From the NCBI GenBank assembly GCA_965198235.1, contig OZ240248.1, forward strand, positions 832,001 to 896,000: a stretch of 64,000 bases of DNA, read 5' to 3'. The notes under the pieces are model-generated. The model was not told the origin of the DNA. It saw only the letters and a program-made list of their open reading frames with translations, and made no database searches. Numbering within the stretch: the stretch's first letter is position 1; the number at the start of each line of letters is the position of its first letter. Positions 20,026 through 29,676 of this stretch are shown piece by piece. The translations under genes and the position numbers were made by a program. This stretch comes from Candidatus Poribacteria bacterium. Lineage in GTDB: Bacteria > Poribacteria > WGA-4E > WGA-3G.

Positions 20026-21084
20026 ATGTTTACAAAAAACAGATTCGCGTATCATAATTTATTACATATATTTATATCCGCCGCGTTGGTTGTGCTAATT
20101 GTCCTCTATGGATGTAGCGATAAGCAATCGGGTGAAAAAGCGAAAACAGGTGATGCCACCCCACAGGAAAAGGAGTGGCTCTCGATTTTGGGTGGCGTGA
20201 TGGGAGGTAGTTTTTCACAATTCGCAGGTGGCGTTAGTCGCGTTCTGACCCACAAGGAACCACATCTGAAAATATCCATCGATGCTTCTGCAGGTTCGGT
20301 CGAAAATACGCGGCGTGTGAACGCAGACCCGGAAGCACTGGGTGTCGTTTTTGCTGCTGAAAGTTACCTTGGCTACCACGGTGAAGAAATTTTCGCAGAA
20401 GAGGGACCGAAAATTAACATTCGTATGGTAACGTTGCTTTTCATCGCTTACGACCAATTTTCAACGCTGGCGAACAGCGATATTCATCAGTTTGAAGACA
20501 TTGTCGGGAAAAAAATCGCCTCTGGAGCGAGTGGGTCCGGCACCGCACAAACGTTAGAACGACTGTCAAAATTGGCGGGTATCTGGGGAAAGTTTACGCC
20601 AATCTATAAAGGCGGGAGTGCTGCTGCCGAGGCTCTCCAAGATGGACAGGTCGCTGGATTCCAATGGCTCGTCAGTGTGCCGAACAGCGCCGTTATCCAG
20701 TTGACAGCGATTAAATCTATTCGGATGATCGACCTTGACGCAGTTGCGAAGAAGTATGGCTTCTACGAAAAGTATCCGTTTTACCTCTCCGGATCCCTGC
20801 CAGAGGGAGCGTATGAAGGCAAAGTGGAACCGGTGAATACTATTCTGATGCCAACGGTACTCATCTCAAACAAAGCGGTGAGCGAGGAGACTATCTATAA
20901 ACTTTTAAAGCATGTTTACTCCTCAGAGGGACATCAGACGATGCTTCAAACAAATCAAGCAGCAGCAGACATGACGATAGAGAATGGCTCGAAAGCCTTT
21001 GTAATTCCACTACACCGCGGGGCATACAAATTTTGGAGTGAACAAGGCGTGGAAATTCCAGCGCATGCGATGCCGGTGGACTAA
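20026..21084 (+). CDS. TAXI-family TRAP transporter solute receptor (lipoprotein)
   Basis: SAGSVEN, G..GSGT, IPLHRGAYKFWSE; lipobox LYGC. Confidence 0.88.
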   Translation: MFTKNRFAYHNLLHIFISAALVVLIVLYGCSDKQSGEKAKTGDATPQEKEWLSILGGVMGGSFSQFAGGVSRVLTHKEPHLKISIDASAGSVENTRRVNADPEALGVVFAAESYLGYHGEEIFAEEGPKINIRMVTLLFIAYDQFSTLANSDIHQFEDIVGKKIASGASGSGTAQTLERLSKLAGIWGKFTPIYKGGSAAAEALQDGQVAGFQWLVSVPNSAVIQLTAIKSIRMIDLDAVAKKYGFYEKYPFYLSGSLPEGAYEGKVEPVNTILMPTVLISNKAVSEETIYKLLKHVYSSEGHQTMLQTNQAAADMTIENGSKAFVIPLHRGAYKFWSEQGVEIPAHAMPVD

Positions 21085-21136
21085 TCTAAAAACGGGACAA
21101 CCATGGATCGTCAAAAAATTGTGATGTTCCTAAAAT

Positions 21137-21166
21137 TTGCTTTAAAAATGGGGAATATGATATAAT
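21137..21166 (+). promoter_or_regulatory. sigma70-like promoter of the thi operon
   Basis: TTGCTT...TGaTATAAT (extended -10) directly upstream of the riboswitch. Confidence 0.55.
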
Positions 21167-21177
21167 ATAATGAAATG

Positions 21178-21260
21178 ACATTGTGGGGTGCTCTTATCTG
21201 CTTGAGAGCTGAGAAAACACCCATTGAACCTGATCTGGATCATACCAGCGTAGGGAAATA
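21178..21260 (+). ncRNA. TPP riboswitch
   Basis: GGGGTGC..CTGAGA..ACCC.TTGAACCTGATCTGGATCATACCAGCGTAGGGAA; upstream of thiamine genes. Confidence 0.95.
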
Positions 21261-21492
21261 TGAAGAAGGGCAATAAAACGCTGTTCCTTCTTAAGCGACT
21301 TTAGCAATTGGGACATAGAAGTTGTACTCTCAATTGTAAGCCTGCAGGCGAGGCACTTAACCCCGCTATATGAGGCACGAAGCCGCTTCCTTTTTGGTGT
21401 TGCCACGGCTGCTAATAGAGCCACTAGCGGACGGGCATGTTTCCCATATCCAAAATGGAAGACGGCTTTTTGTTGTTAAGGAACAGATACCA

Positions 21493-22257
21493 ATGCTCAG
21501 CAAATTTGCGGTGCCTGTGGTTATCCTATTGATAGTAGTAGGAGTGTGGGAAAGTGCCGTTCATCTTTTTGAGATGCCGCGCTACATTCTACCAGCCCCT
21601 TCAAAAATCGTGATGACGCTATTTGCGGAACATGCGCAATTACTGAAGCACACGCTCGTGACACTGGAAGAGATGCTCCTTGGATTTCTCCTCGCGGTTA
21701 GCATCGGTGTCCCGTTAGCCGTGTTGATGTTCGAGTTCCCCGCATTAGAGAAAGCCTTCTATCCGTATGTTATCGGCTCACAAACGGTTCCAGTGTTTGC
21801 TATCGCTCCACTACTGGTACTATGGTTCGGCTTCGGTATTGCCTCAAAAGTCATCATGGCAGCACTGATTGTATTCTTCGCAATTGTGCTAAATACCCTC
21901 GATGGCTTGAAATCCACCGATCCGGATACCGTAAACCTATTCCGAATTTTGCGAGCGACGCGATGGCAGATACTCTGGAAAGTCCGCATCCCGTCGGCAT
22001 TGCCGTTTATTTTCTCAGGTGCAAAGATAGGGATCTCGATCTCTACAATTGGCGCGGTTATCGGTGAATGGGTGGGCGCAAAGGCGGGACTCGGATACCT
22101 TATGCTGTATGCGAATGGACAACTCCAAATTTCACTCGTATTTGCAGCTATTTTTTGCTTAACGATTTTAGGTTTAAGTCTCTTCGGACTGATGACACTG
22201 TTGGAACGGTACGCAATGCCGTGGCGGCAGCATCAATACGAAAATTCAGATTTCTAA
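21493..22257 (+). CDS. thiX: ABC permease (SsuC/TauC-like) for thiamine/HMP precursor uptake
   Basis: ILPAPS, QTVPVFAIAPL, PSALPFIFSG, GAVIGEW..A..GLG; first gene after the TPP riboswitch. Confidence 0.8.
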   Translation: MLSKFAVPVVILLIVVGVWESAVHLFEMPRYILPAPSKIVMTLFAEHAQLLKHTLVTLEEMLLGFLLAVSIGVPLAVLMFEFPALEKAFYPYVIGSQTVPVFAIAPLLVLWFGFGIASKVIMAALIVFFAIVLNTLDGLKSTDPDTVNLFRILRATRWQILWKVRIPSALPFIFSGAKIGISISTIGAVIGEWVGAKAGLGYLMLYANGQLQISLVFAAIFCLTILGLSLFGLMTLLERYAMPWRQHQYENSDF

Positions 22258-22465
22258 CGATGGGCCTTTGAGCTGCCCTCCACTTCGTTTCGGGCAGGTT
22301 TTCGGTGCAATTCACACGGGGAGTGGGTTTGCTGAAGCCTTTCAGAATCCAAGGGTGGTGGGAATTAACTATAAACCATCGTGGAACGAAATTAGGTTTC
22401 CTTAAATGGCATAATTTGTCTTTGCTTTACATTTGGAACGATGACCAGATTTTAATAGTTAAAAA
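22251..22465 (+). repeat. Modular intergenic repeat, copy R1
   Basis: Shares gctgccctccacttcgtttcgggcaggtttt and aaaccatcgtg.aacgaaatt..aatttgtctttgctttacatttggaacgatg with 23489-23680 (reverse) and, in variant form, 49829-50007 and 33572-33677. Confidence 0.85.
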
Positions 22466-22498
22466 TTCGCATATCGGACAGGAAGAAAGGAAATTCTC

Positions 22499-23485
22499 AT
22501 GAAAACAGCAATTTGCTTAATGTTTCTCATCAGTTGCGGTATACTTTTAACAGGACACATCAACAGCAACGCGGACAGCCACCAGAAAGCCGAAATGGAG
22601 AAGGCCACGCTGCTCCTCGATTGGTTTCCTAACGTAGATCATGCGCCACTTTACGTCGCGCAACAGAAGAAAATTTTTGGCAAGCACGGTTTAGAGGTTG
22701 AATTGCTCTGGGGTGGTGATCCGAATGCGCCGTTGAAACTCGTGGCAGCCGGAAAAGCACCGTTCGGCGTGAGTTACCAACAGAGCGTCACGATCGCTCG
22801 GGCAAGTGAAGAGGTTTTGCCGGTTAAATCAATCGGTTTACTCGTGGAACACCCGCTTAACACGATTAGTTTCCTGAAGAAAACGGGCATTAAAACGCCA
22901 GCAGATTTCAAAGGGAAGAAAATCGGATACACAGTTGCACCGTTGGATGTCCTGCTCTTCAATGCGATTGCAGCGAACGCTGGATTAACAGAAGACGACT
23001 ACGAATTGATAAACGTGAGCACAAATATTTCGGCATCTCTCCTGAGCGGGCAAATCGATGCAGTGATCGGTCCGTTCCGGAATTACGAGATCAACGAATT
23101 GAAACTTGAAGGCGCAGAAGCAGGGTATTTCGCGCTTGAGAAGCACGGTATTCCCGACTATTATGAGTTGGTAATTGTCTCTAACGATGCTTTTTTGGAA
23201 GAACATCCAGAAACTGCTAAAAAACTGATGATGGCGATTTCGGAAGCGATTCAATTCACGAAAGAGAATCCTGATGATGCTCTGCGGCTCTTTTTCAAGG
23301 CAAATCCAAATGCTCGTAAAGACTTAGAAGAATTGGCGTTTCGGGATACGCTGGATGTGTTCGCGACAACACAGATGCAATCTGCAGAAAAATGGGCAGC
23401 CTTCGCACAATTTGCCTATGAAAAAGGCTTGATTTCCAAAACAGTCGAAGCAAAAGACTGTTTCATCAATGTTTTGGAAGAATAA
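22499..23485 (+). CDS. thiY: NMT1/THI5-like substrate-binding protein
   Basis: LLDWFPNVDHAPLYVA, VSYQ, FRNYE, GIPDYYEL; in the TPP-controlled operon. Confidence 0.85.
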   Translation: MKTAICLMFLISCGILLTGHINSNADSHQKAEMEKATLLLDWFPNVDHAPLYVAQQKKIFGKHGLEVELLWGGDPNAPLKLVAAGKAPFGVSYQQSVTIARASEEVLPVKSIGLLVEHPLNTISFLKKTGIKTPADFKGKKIGYTVAPLDVLLFNAIAANAGLTEDDYELINVSTNISASLLSGQIDAVIGPFRNYEINELKLEGAEAGYFALEKHGIPDYYELVIVSNDAFLEEHPETAKKLMMAISEAIQFTKENPDDALRLFFKANPNARKDLEELAFRDTLDVFATTQMQSAEKWAAFAQFAYEKGLISKTVEAKDCFINVLEE

Positions 23486-23488
23486 CGG

Positions 23489-23680
23489 TTTTTTAACTAT
23501 TAAGTTTTTGCGCATCGTTCCAAATGTAAAGCAAAGACAAATTTTGCCGCGTGTGGGCAAAATTTCGTTTCACGATGGTTTCTGGTGAAACTTTCGTTCG
23601 CCTCTAAAAAGGTGCGGACGATTCACCAAAACCTGCCCGAAATGAAATGGAGGGCAGCCCAGGCACCCATAATTAGAAAA
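23489..23680 (-). repeat. Modular intergenic repeat, copy R2 (inverted relative to R1)
   Basis: Reverse complement aligns with R1 at both arms. Confidence 0.85.
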
Positions 23681-24820
23681 ATGAAAAATACAAAGATTCT
23701 CATCATCGGTGGTGGTGTGATTGGCCTCGGTATCGGGTGGCAGCTTGCGAAATCGGGTGCCTCCGTCACCATTTATGATCGTGCTGAAGCCGGACGCGCC
23801 GCTTCTTGGGCAGCCGCTGGGATGCTCGCGCCACTCGCCGAGGCACATACCGAAGAACCGGAACTGTTGAAACTGGGTTGCCAAAGTTTAGCACTCTATC
23901 CGCAATGGGTTCGGGAATTAGAGGCGGATGCCGAGATGGACATCGGGTATCGGGTGGAAGGCACTCTGATCATCGGGTTAGAACCTGATGATACACACCA
24001 ACTTCGGCATCTTTACGCCTCACAACAAGATTTAGGGCTGGATGTCGAATGGTTGACCGGACGAGAGGCGCGTGAAATCGAACCCGCCCTTTCGCCGCGC
24101 GCGACTGCAGCTATCCGCTGCGAGAGCGACCATCAGGTCGATAACCGACTGATGGTAAAAGCACTCCAGCGCGCCTATCAGAGATGCGGCGGTGTGCTAC
24201 ATGAAAACACCCCAGTCGAAGGTATTCACGTCGAAAATGGGACCGCGACCGGGATAGATGCCCGAGATAGCGGGAAACATAACGGAGATGTTATCGTGCT
24301 GTCAGCAGGATGTGAATCTGCCCAAATTCAGGGACTTCCAGATGCCATCCGTCCGCCGGTGCGCCCTGTGAAAGGACAGATGTTGGCGTTGCAAATGGAA
24401 GATGGTATCACGGTTAAAAACGTCGTCCGCACCGTCAGAGCAAGGTATCCGATGTCGGTATATTTGGTGCCGCGAACCGATGGCAGGCTCATCGTCGGTG
24501 CGACAAGTGAGGAAATGGGATTTGACACGCGTTTGACTGCTGGCGGTGTGTTTGAGCTACTCCGCGGCGCATGGGAAGCGGTGCCGGGTGTTTATGAACT
24601 TCCGCTTCTGGAAACATGGACAGGTTTACGTCCCGGTAGCAGAGACAATGCCCCCATACTTGGCGAAACGCCCATTGAGAATCTGATATACGCCACGGGA
24701 CATTACCGCAACGGCATCTTACTCACACCCATCACGGCTTATGAGATCTCCAAACTGATTCTGACCGGTGAGACTTCAGAGACAATCGCCCCATTTCAGT
24801 TAGACAGATTTCTGGCGTAA
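23681..24820 (+). CDS. thiO: Glycine oxidase
   Basis: GGGVIG, ASWAAAGML, PVKGQM, GLRP, GHYRNGILL; adjacent to thiS/thiG. Confidence 0.95.
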   Translation: MKNTKILIIGGGVIGLGIGWQLAKSGASVTIYDRAEAGRAASWAAAGMLAPLAEAHTEEPELLKLGCQSLALYPQWVRELEADAEMDIGYRVEGTLIIGLEPDDTHQLRHLYASQQDLGLDVEWLTGREAREIEPALSPRATAAIRCESDHQVDNRLMVKALQRAYQRCGGVLHENTPVEGIHVENGTATGIDARDSGKHNGDVIVLSAGCESAQIQGLPDAIRPPVRPVKGQMLALQMEDGITVKNVVRTVRARYPMSVYLVPRTDGRLIVGATSEEMGFDTRLTAGGVFELLRGAWEAVPGVYELPLLETWTGLRPGSRDNAPILGETPIENLIYATGHYRNGILLTPITAYEISKLILTGETSETIAPFQLDRFLA

Positions 24821-24833
24821 CTGGAGTTAAGTT

Positions 24834-25040
24834 ATGAAGATACACGTTAATAGCGAAGAAAAAACGGTTCGTCCGAATTTAAATGTCCACGATCTGATCA
24901 TCGCTTTAGAAATGGATCCAACGCAGTCGGGCATCGCTGTCGCCGTGGATCGGGAAGTTATCCCGAAAACGGAGTGGCAAGCGACGGAACTTCGCGAGAA
25001 CAGTGAAGTTGAGATTATACGCGCCGTCCAAGGCGGGTAA
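24834..25040 (+). CDS. thiS: Sulfur carrier protein
   Basis: Ubiquitin-like fold, C-terminal AVQGG. Confidence 0.95.
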   Translation: MKIHVNSEEKTVRPNLNVHDLIIALEMDPTQSGIAVAVDREVIPKTEWQATELRENSEVEIIRAVQGG

Positions 25041-25246
25041 TGCCCTCACATAACATGCCAGCGGGGAAATGAGGATACAGGTTTAACACTTGATAAAAAG
25101 GGTTTGAAGGTGTTATACTAATCTAAACCATCATTCAGGGATAAACTCCAGCAGAGCACTATGAAGGGTCAAGAGGTTCGTTGGATTCAACGCGCAAATA
25201 GTTTTGACAACAGAAAAAACGGAGCGAAAACCCTATAGTTAAAAAC

Positions 25247-26017
25247 ATGCAAGAATTCAAAATCGCCGACCAGACATACACATCAAGACTACTTATCGGA
25301 ACAGCAGGGTATCCGAATTTCCACATAATGACGGAGTCTATTGCCGCGAGCGGTGCCGAAATTGCGACGGTGTCAATGCGCCGCGTGAAATTTACAGATA
25401 CACCCGGTGAGAATTTGTTCGCGCTTCTACGCGAACGGGGTATGACGATCCTCCCAAACACTGCTGGTTGTTTCACAGCAAAAGACGCGATTCTAACATC
25501 GAACCTCGCGAGAGAGGCACTTGAGACACCGCTCATCAAACTCGAAGTTATTGGAGATGAGGAGACCCTGTTTCCGGATGTAGAGCAGCTGCTCAGTGCT
25601 GCGGAGATACTCGTGAAAGACGGCTTCACTGTGCTTCCGTATTGCAACGACGATCCGATTACCTGTAAGAAATTAGAAGACATTGGCTGTGCGGCAGTGA
25701 TGCCGTTAGGTGCCCCGATAGGCTCAGGAATGGGCATCCGCAATCCGTATAATATTCAGATTATCCGAGATCTTGTGCAAGTGCCGCTCATTGTGGATGC
25801 TGGAGTTGGGACGGCATCGGATGCAGCGATAGCGATGGAGTTAGGCTGTGACGGTGTCCTGCTCAACACAGCAGTAGCGAAAGCACACCGTCCTGTACTG
25901 ATGGCGGAGGCGATGAAAAAAGCAGTCGAAGCGGGTAGAGCGGCGTTTTTAGCTGGACGCATCCCCCGGAAACTTTACGCGACCGCCTCAAGCCCACAGG
26001 ACGGAATGATTGAGTGA
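25247..26017 (+). CDS. thiG: Thiazole synthase
   Basis: [39 protein letters not shown]. Confidence 0.97.
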   Translation: MQEFKIADQTYTSRLLIGTAGYPNFHIMTESIAASGAEIATVSMRRVKFTDTPGENLFALLRERGMTILPNTAGCFTAKDAILTSNLAREALETPLIKLEVIGDEETLFPDVEQLLSAAEILVKDGFTVLPYCNDDPITCKKLEDIGCAAVMPLGAPIGSGMGIRNPYNIQIIRDLVQVPLIVDAGVGTASDAAIAMELGCDGVLLNTAVAKAHRPVLMAEAMKKAVEAGRAAFLAGRIPRKLYATASSPQDGMIE

Positions 26018-26432
26018 TAGCACCCACTACCTAAAGGTAGGGGCTTCGGTTTCATAGCAACTGCGGTTTTCTCAGAGAGTCTACCGTCTTATTATCGCTC
26101 CACCAGCAGGCAATTCCCCTATATCCTGAAAGAAGTGGATACAGGGCAGATCGTGCGGAAACTTTCACGGCTATCCCTGCCTGCAAAAGAAAAGGGGTGG
26201 TTGAGAGAGAGGTATCTCGGAAACCACCTAAAGGTTGCAGAGAATTACCTTCTACTCTCAACTCCGTAGCAGCGACCAACGTGCAGGATTTCACCTCTGC
26301 TCCGAAACTTACGGACTGCTACCGAAAATGTTTTTAGCAAGGTCTCACTTGCAACTTGTTTGTGCCACCTCTGACAGTGGTGGACAACACCTGCACAAGG
26401 TGTGCAGGGTCAGAGCGTTGTCCAGCAAGTTA
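26014..26432 (-). ncRNA. Putative large structured ncRNA / non-autonomous IS200/IS605-type element (omegaRNA-like 3' end)
   Basis: Perfect promoter upstream; more than 10 helices; G-U wobbles fit the minus strand; ends GAAGCCCCTACCTTTAGGTAGTGGGTGCTATCAC; no credible ORF. Confidence 0.7.
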
Positions 26433-26438
26433 CGTATA

Positions 26439-26467
26439 ATTATACCACATTTTTGACTGAATGTCAA
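26439..26467 (-). promoter_or_regulatory. Consensus sigma70 promoter driving the putative ncRNA
   Basis: TTGACA (26467-26462) - 17 bp - TATAAT (26444-26439), with extended -10 TG. Confidence 0.85.
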
Positions 26468-26496
26468 ATATATTTTGGCGTTTTGGTCCTTTCCAA

Positions 26497-26829
26497 GAGG
26501 ATAAAATTGATCGGGAAACCGGACTCAAAGCAATAGCAGAAATTCAAAAAGTAAACACCGAGGCAGAAGTAAAGCGTAAGCGCATATCCAAACTGAAAAC
26601 TGACATTTGTAGAAATGGAAAACCACAGATAAGACGTGTCCGAGAGATCGCAGATGACGACCTTTACCGACTTGGATTTGAATTGCTTACAGACGAACTT
26701 GGACTGGGAGGAGTGTCTCGTTTCCTCAGATTATGCGAACCCGGACGTGGTATCTACGCCGTTGACCGGTACAAAAACCCTAAATTAATTGAACAAACCT
26801 GCAAGGAAGAACAGAAACGAGCCTCGTAG
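26497..26829 (+). pseudogene. 5'-truncated small helical (antitoxin-like) protein gene
   Basis: DDLYRLGFELLTDELGLGGVSRFLRLCEPGRG.Y; the ORF-track start at 26461 lies inside the opposite-strand promoter. Confidence 0.45.
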
Positions 26830-26868
26830 AAGTAGTATCTTCGTCAACTCAAGAATTGGAGTCGGTGT

Positions 26869-28095
26869 GTGAAAAAAAGATCTCACTTTTTCTGGATATG
26901 CCTCATCATTTTTACGCAACTCGTAAGCAGCGTCCTTTTATCCGAGATGCAAAGTGCTTTTGCACAACTCCAGAGCGAATTCGGACAGAGCCTTTTAGAA
27001 AGAAAACCCGAAACCTCTGAAAGCGATCCCGCAGAACTTACAATTAACTCCCACTTCTCTAATACATTTAATAACCACATTGAATTCGGTCTGAGCGTAG
27101 ACCCTTACACCAGTGGTCTTGCGGGTGAGGAAGACTCACAACTCGAAGGCATGATTAACCGCTTCGGTATTAATCTACTCGGGGATTTACCGATAACTAA
27201 CAAACTCCGGCTCAAATTGCAATACGCGCCACAAGTTGAAAACTACACCGGTGCTGACGGAAAACTCAACGAATTCGATGCGTTTAGCGACGTAGTCTTA
27301 ACCGAGCTTAGTTTCCAACCCGTTGCGACTTTACCACCTCTCGTTACCTCCCACCAACTGCAACGTTTCGTGCGAACTTCAAACGTTTATAACAACATCG
27401 ATAGACAATTTGGTCTTCGCTTCGGACGCGTCCTGGAATACAATCTGCGGTTACACCGATTCGACGATGAAGATACGCGAAGAGAGGACTTTCTACTTGT
27501 CGGCTCTACCAGCCATACAATGACTGCACGCTTGCAATTTGGGATTCTTAAACAGATCCTTGGTAAACTGGAATATGGGATAGAAGATAGTAGCTACCAA
27601 ACCAATTTGAATAATCTCATCTTAGGTGTGACAGGACTTGAAGACGATGAACCTCGAAACGATTGGAGACACATCGGCTCTGCAAAACTAATACAGGTAG
27701 CAAAGGATCGACTCGTGTTTCAGGAAGAGATCAACCTATTTCTGAATCGTTCCAATGTCGATTTCTTTAACTTCGTTAGTACTGAAGTAGCAGCGAGTTC
27801 TTTTTACCGACTTGAGACAGGACGGTGGATACGGCTTCGATTCTCCAGACTGTGGGTACAGTTTGAAGGTAGACAGATTCCGGACGAGACTGGATATATA
27901 CCGGAAAACGCACCAAACCGTCGTGACACACAGATAGGTGCGAATGTGCAGTTGAATTGGGAATTTAATCCATATCTAACACTCAACGCCGATTATCAGA
28001 TTAGCCAGAACCACACGAATGAGATAGATCCACTGCTCGATTTTCTCAACTACACACATACCATTGCGACTATCACGCTCCGCGGTCAGTATTGA
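26869..28095 (+). CDS. Putative outer-membrane beta-barrel protein
   Basis: Signal peptide, amphipathic strands, C-terminal ITLRGQY. Confidence 0.65.
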   Translation: MKKRSHFFWICLIIFTQLVSSVLLSEMQSAFAQLQSEFGQSLLERKPETSESDPAELTINSHFSNTFNNHIEFGLSVDPYTSGLAGEEDSQLEGMINRFGINLLGDLPITNKLRLKLQYAPQVENYTGADGKLNEFDAFSDVVLTELSFQPVATLPPLVTSHQLQRFVRTSNVYNNIDRQFGLRFGRVLEYNLRLHRFDDEDTRREDFLLVGSTSHTMTARLQFGILKQILGKLEYGIEDSSYQTNLNNLILGVTGLEDDEPRNDWRHIGSAKLIQVAKDRLVFQEEINLFLNRSNVDFFNFVSTEVAASSFYRLETGRWIRLRFSRLWVQFEGRQIPDETGYIPENAPNRRDTQIGANVQLNWEFNPYLTLNADYQISQNHTNEIDPLLDFLNYTHTIATITLRGQY

Positions 28096-28134
28096 AGCGA
28101 TATGCTTCTTTCGTATCTCCAGTTCAGGCTATTG

Positions 28135-29676
28135 CTACCGCTCCCCCTTAAATAGCTTCAACCTCCCCTCAGATGCCACCAGCGTATAACATGCCGCAAT
28201 TGCCTCGGCGACAATAGGTTCGTCCGGGGTGTCCCACAGCAATAGATAATCTACATTGTCAGCATAATCGCAGAGGTCAATCTTTTCGGGGTGCCAGTGC
28301 ACGACCTGCACCCACTCCTTCTCCTCTAATGGGGTCTCAAAATCGGCGTTGAATCGGATTGGAAAGTAGTCGAACTGTATTTCATAGTTGCCGAGGTTGA
28401 TGCATCCATTGTCAAGGCAATAGTAATTGGCAGCGTTGACAAAGATGCCTACACGCTTGGAGCTACCTCGCGGATCAAAGTGCAGCGGAAGGATGACCTT
28501 GTTCTTCCCAACCCGCTGTACAAAAGCGTTAAACTCGCGTATCTCGGCGTTGAGATTCCTGAAGAGAATGCCAACATAGAGGATGTTAAGGAGCGCGAGA
28601 AGTATGACTATCGCTGCGAATACGCGTCTCCATGGAAGAGGATCAGGAACACGAAACCATGCAAATATGGCGAGGACAGCCAAAATAGCGAGCCTGTCAT
28701 TAACCCAGCCACCGGGACCTATAGAGTTCGGCAAAATAAAATAAAGCCCGAAAAGTACACCAGCAAGACAGAGAAATGCCCTTTGTCCGAGGTATCCCTC
28801 TTCGGTGGCTCTCCTATTCTGCCAGATTGTTACAGCGGCAAGAAAGAGCAGGAAGACAGAGACCGCAGCAGAAATCCAACTTGGAGGTTCGGCGTAGGCT
28901 ACAAGGACGTGCATACCGATTAAGTTATTGAATAACTCTCCGATCCGTCCGATTCCAAATTCGGGAGGTTTTCCTGCAAGGAGATCAGAGGTAGGAAGAT
29001 AGACAAGGATGAGTACAGCTGCAGGTAGCAGATAACACCCTGTAATCAGGATTCGCTTGAGGTCACGCTTGAAATAGAACAGTGCCAGCAAGGCTATAGA
29101 GAACAGAATGAAAGCGTATGAGATGAGGTGCGCAAAATAGGTAATAACGATAAGCAGATTGAGCAGAATAATCCGTGTCCTGTTCATCTCATCCTTGTGT
29201 TTCCACCAGTAACCAAGTGCAAGGAAAAAGAGAGGCACGCTGACAGCAAAATTATAGAAGCCCATGAGAAAGAGGTAATTATAGATAAAGGTAAAACTGA
29301 GTATTACGAGAGGATGTCGTCCGCGTTGGACAGCCTCGAGAAAATAGTGGATTGCAAGAGGGAACAGGATGACATAGAGGCTCAGAAAAATTTTCTCAGC
29401 AACGAGAGGCGGGAAGACGAACATTAACATCGCTAACGAAAAGTGGGAAAGCCAGTTAGGAAAAGGGTACCAGTTAATCTCGTAATAGTCGCGAAACTGA
29501 TATTCTGGGTTGTTATACTCAGTCAAAATTTGCGAGTTATAAACATGGCTCACTCCATCTTGTGTTGGAAAATAGGGGAACAACCATATCGGTAGTAAAT
29601 AGACGAGGATTAGCGCACCAATCAAAAGCACCCCCCTTTTATGTAGAAGTGTGTAGAAGCGAGAAAAGAATGTCAT
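28135..29676 (-). CDS. Polytopic membrane protein, GT-C glycosyltransferase-like
   Basis: PTQDGVSH loop after TM1, GFYNF, many TM helices, soluble C-terminal domain. Confidence 0.7.
   Translation of the reverse strand: MTFFSRFYTLLHKRGVLLIGALILVYLLPIWLFPYFPTQDGVSHVYNSQILTEYNNPEYQFRDYYEINWYPFPNWLSHFSLAMLMFVFPPLVAEKIFLSLYVILFPLAIHYFLEAVQRGRHPLVILSFTFIYNYLFLMGFYNFAVSVPLFFLALGYWWKHKDEMNRTRIILLNLLIVITYFAHLISYAFILFSIALLALFYFKRDLKRILITGCYLLPAAVLILVYLPTSDLLAGKPPEFGIGRIGELFNNLIGMHVLVAYAEPPSWISAAVSVFLLFLAAVTIWQNRRATEEGYLGQRAFLCLAGVLFGLYFILPNSIGPGGWVNDRLAILAVLAIFAWFRVPDPLPWRRVFAAIVILLALLNILYVGILFRNLNAEIREFNAFVQRVGKNKVILPLHFDPRGSSKRVGIFVNAANYYCLDNGCINLGNYEIQFDYFPIRFNADFETPLEEKEWVQVVHWHPEKIDLCDYADNVDYLLLWDTPDEPIVAEAIAACYTLVASEGRLKLFKGER

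Noticed and set aside
22305-22502. 65-aa ORF between thiX and thiY
   Set aside because: Mostly within dispersed repeat R1.
25140-25210. tRNA-like or riboswitch element between thiS and thiG
   Set aside because: A GGTTCG is present, but no cloverleaf or known aptamer could be folded.
26014-26432. Plus-strand HEARO/IscB RNA or group I intron (IStron)
   Set aside because: Promoter and G-U polarity favour the minus strand, no IscB follows, and I could not find group I P7 core sequences. Not formally excluded without Infernal.
26052-26456. Short ORFs 26052-26294 (-) and 26235-26456 (+) as proteins or TnpB remnants
   Set aside because: No RBS and no RuvC or zinc-finger motifs; dense base-pairing explains the region better.
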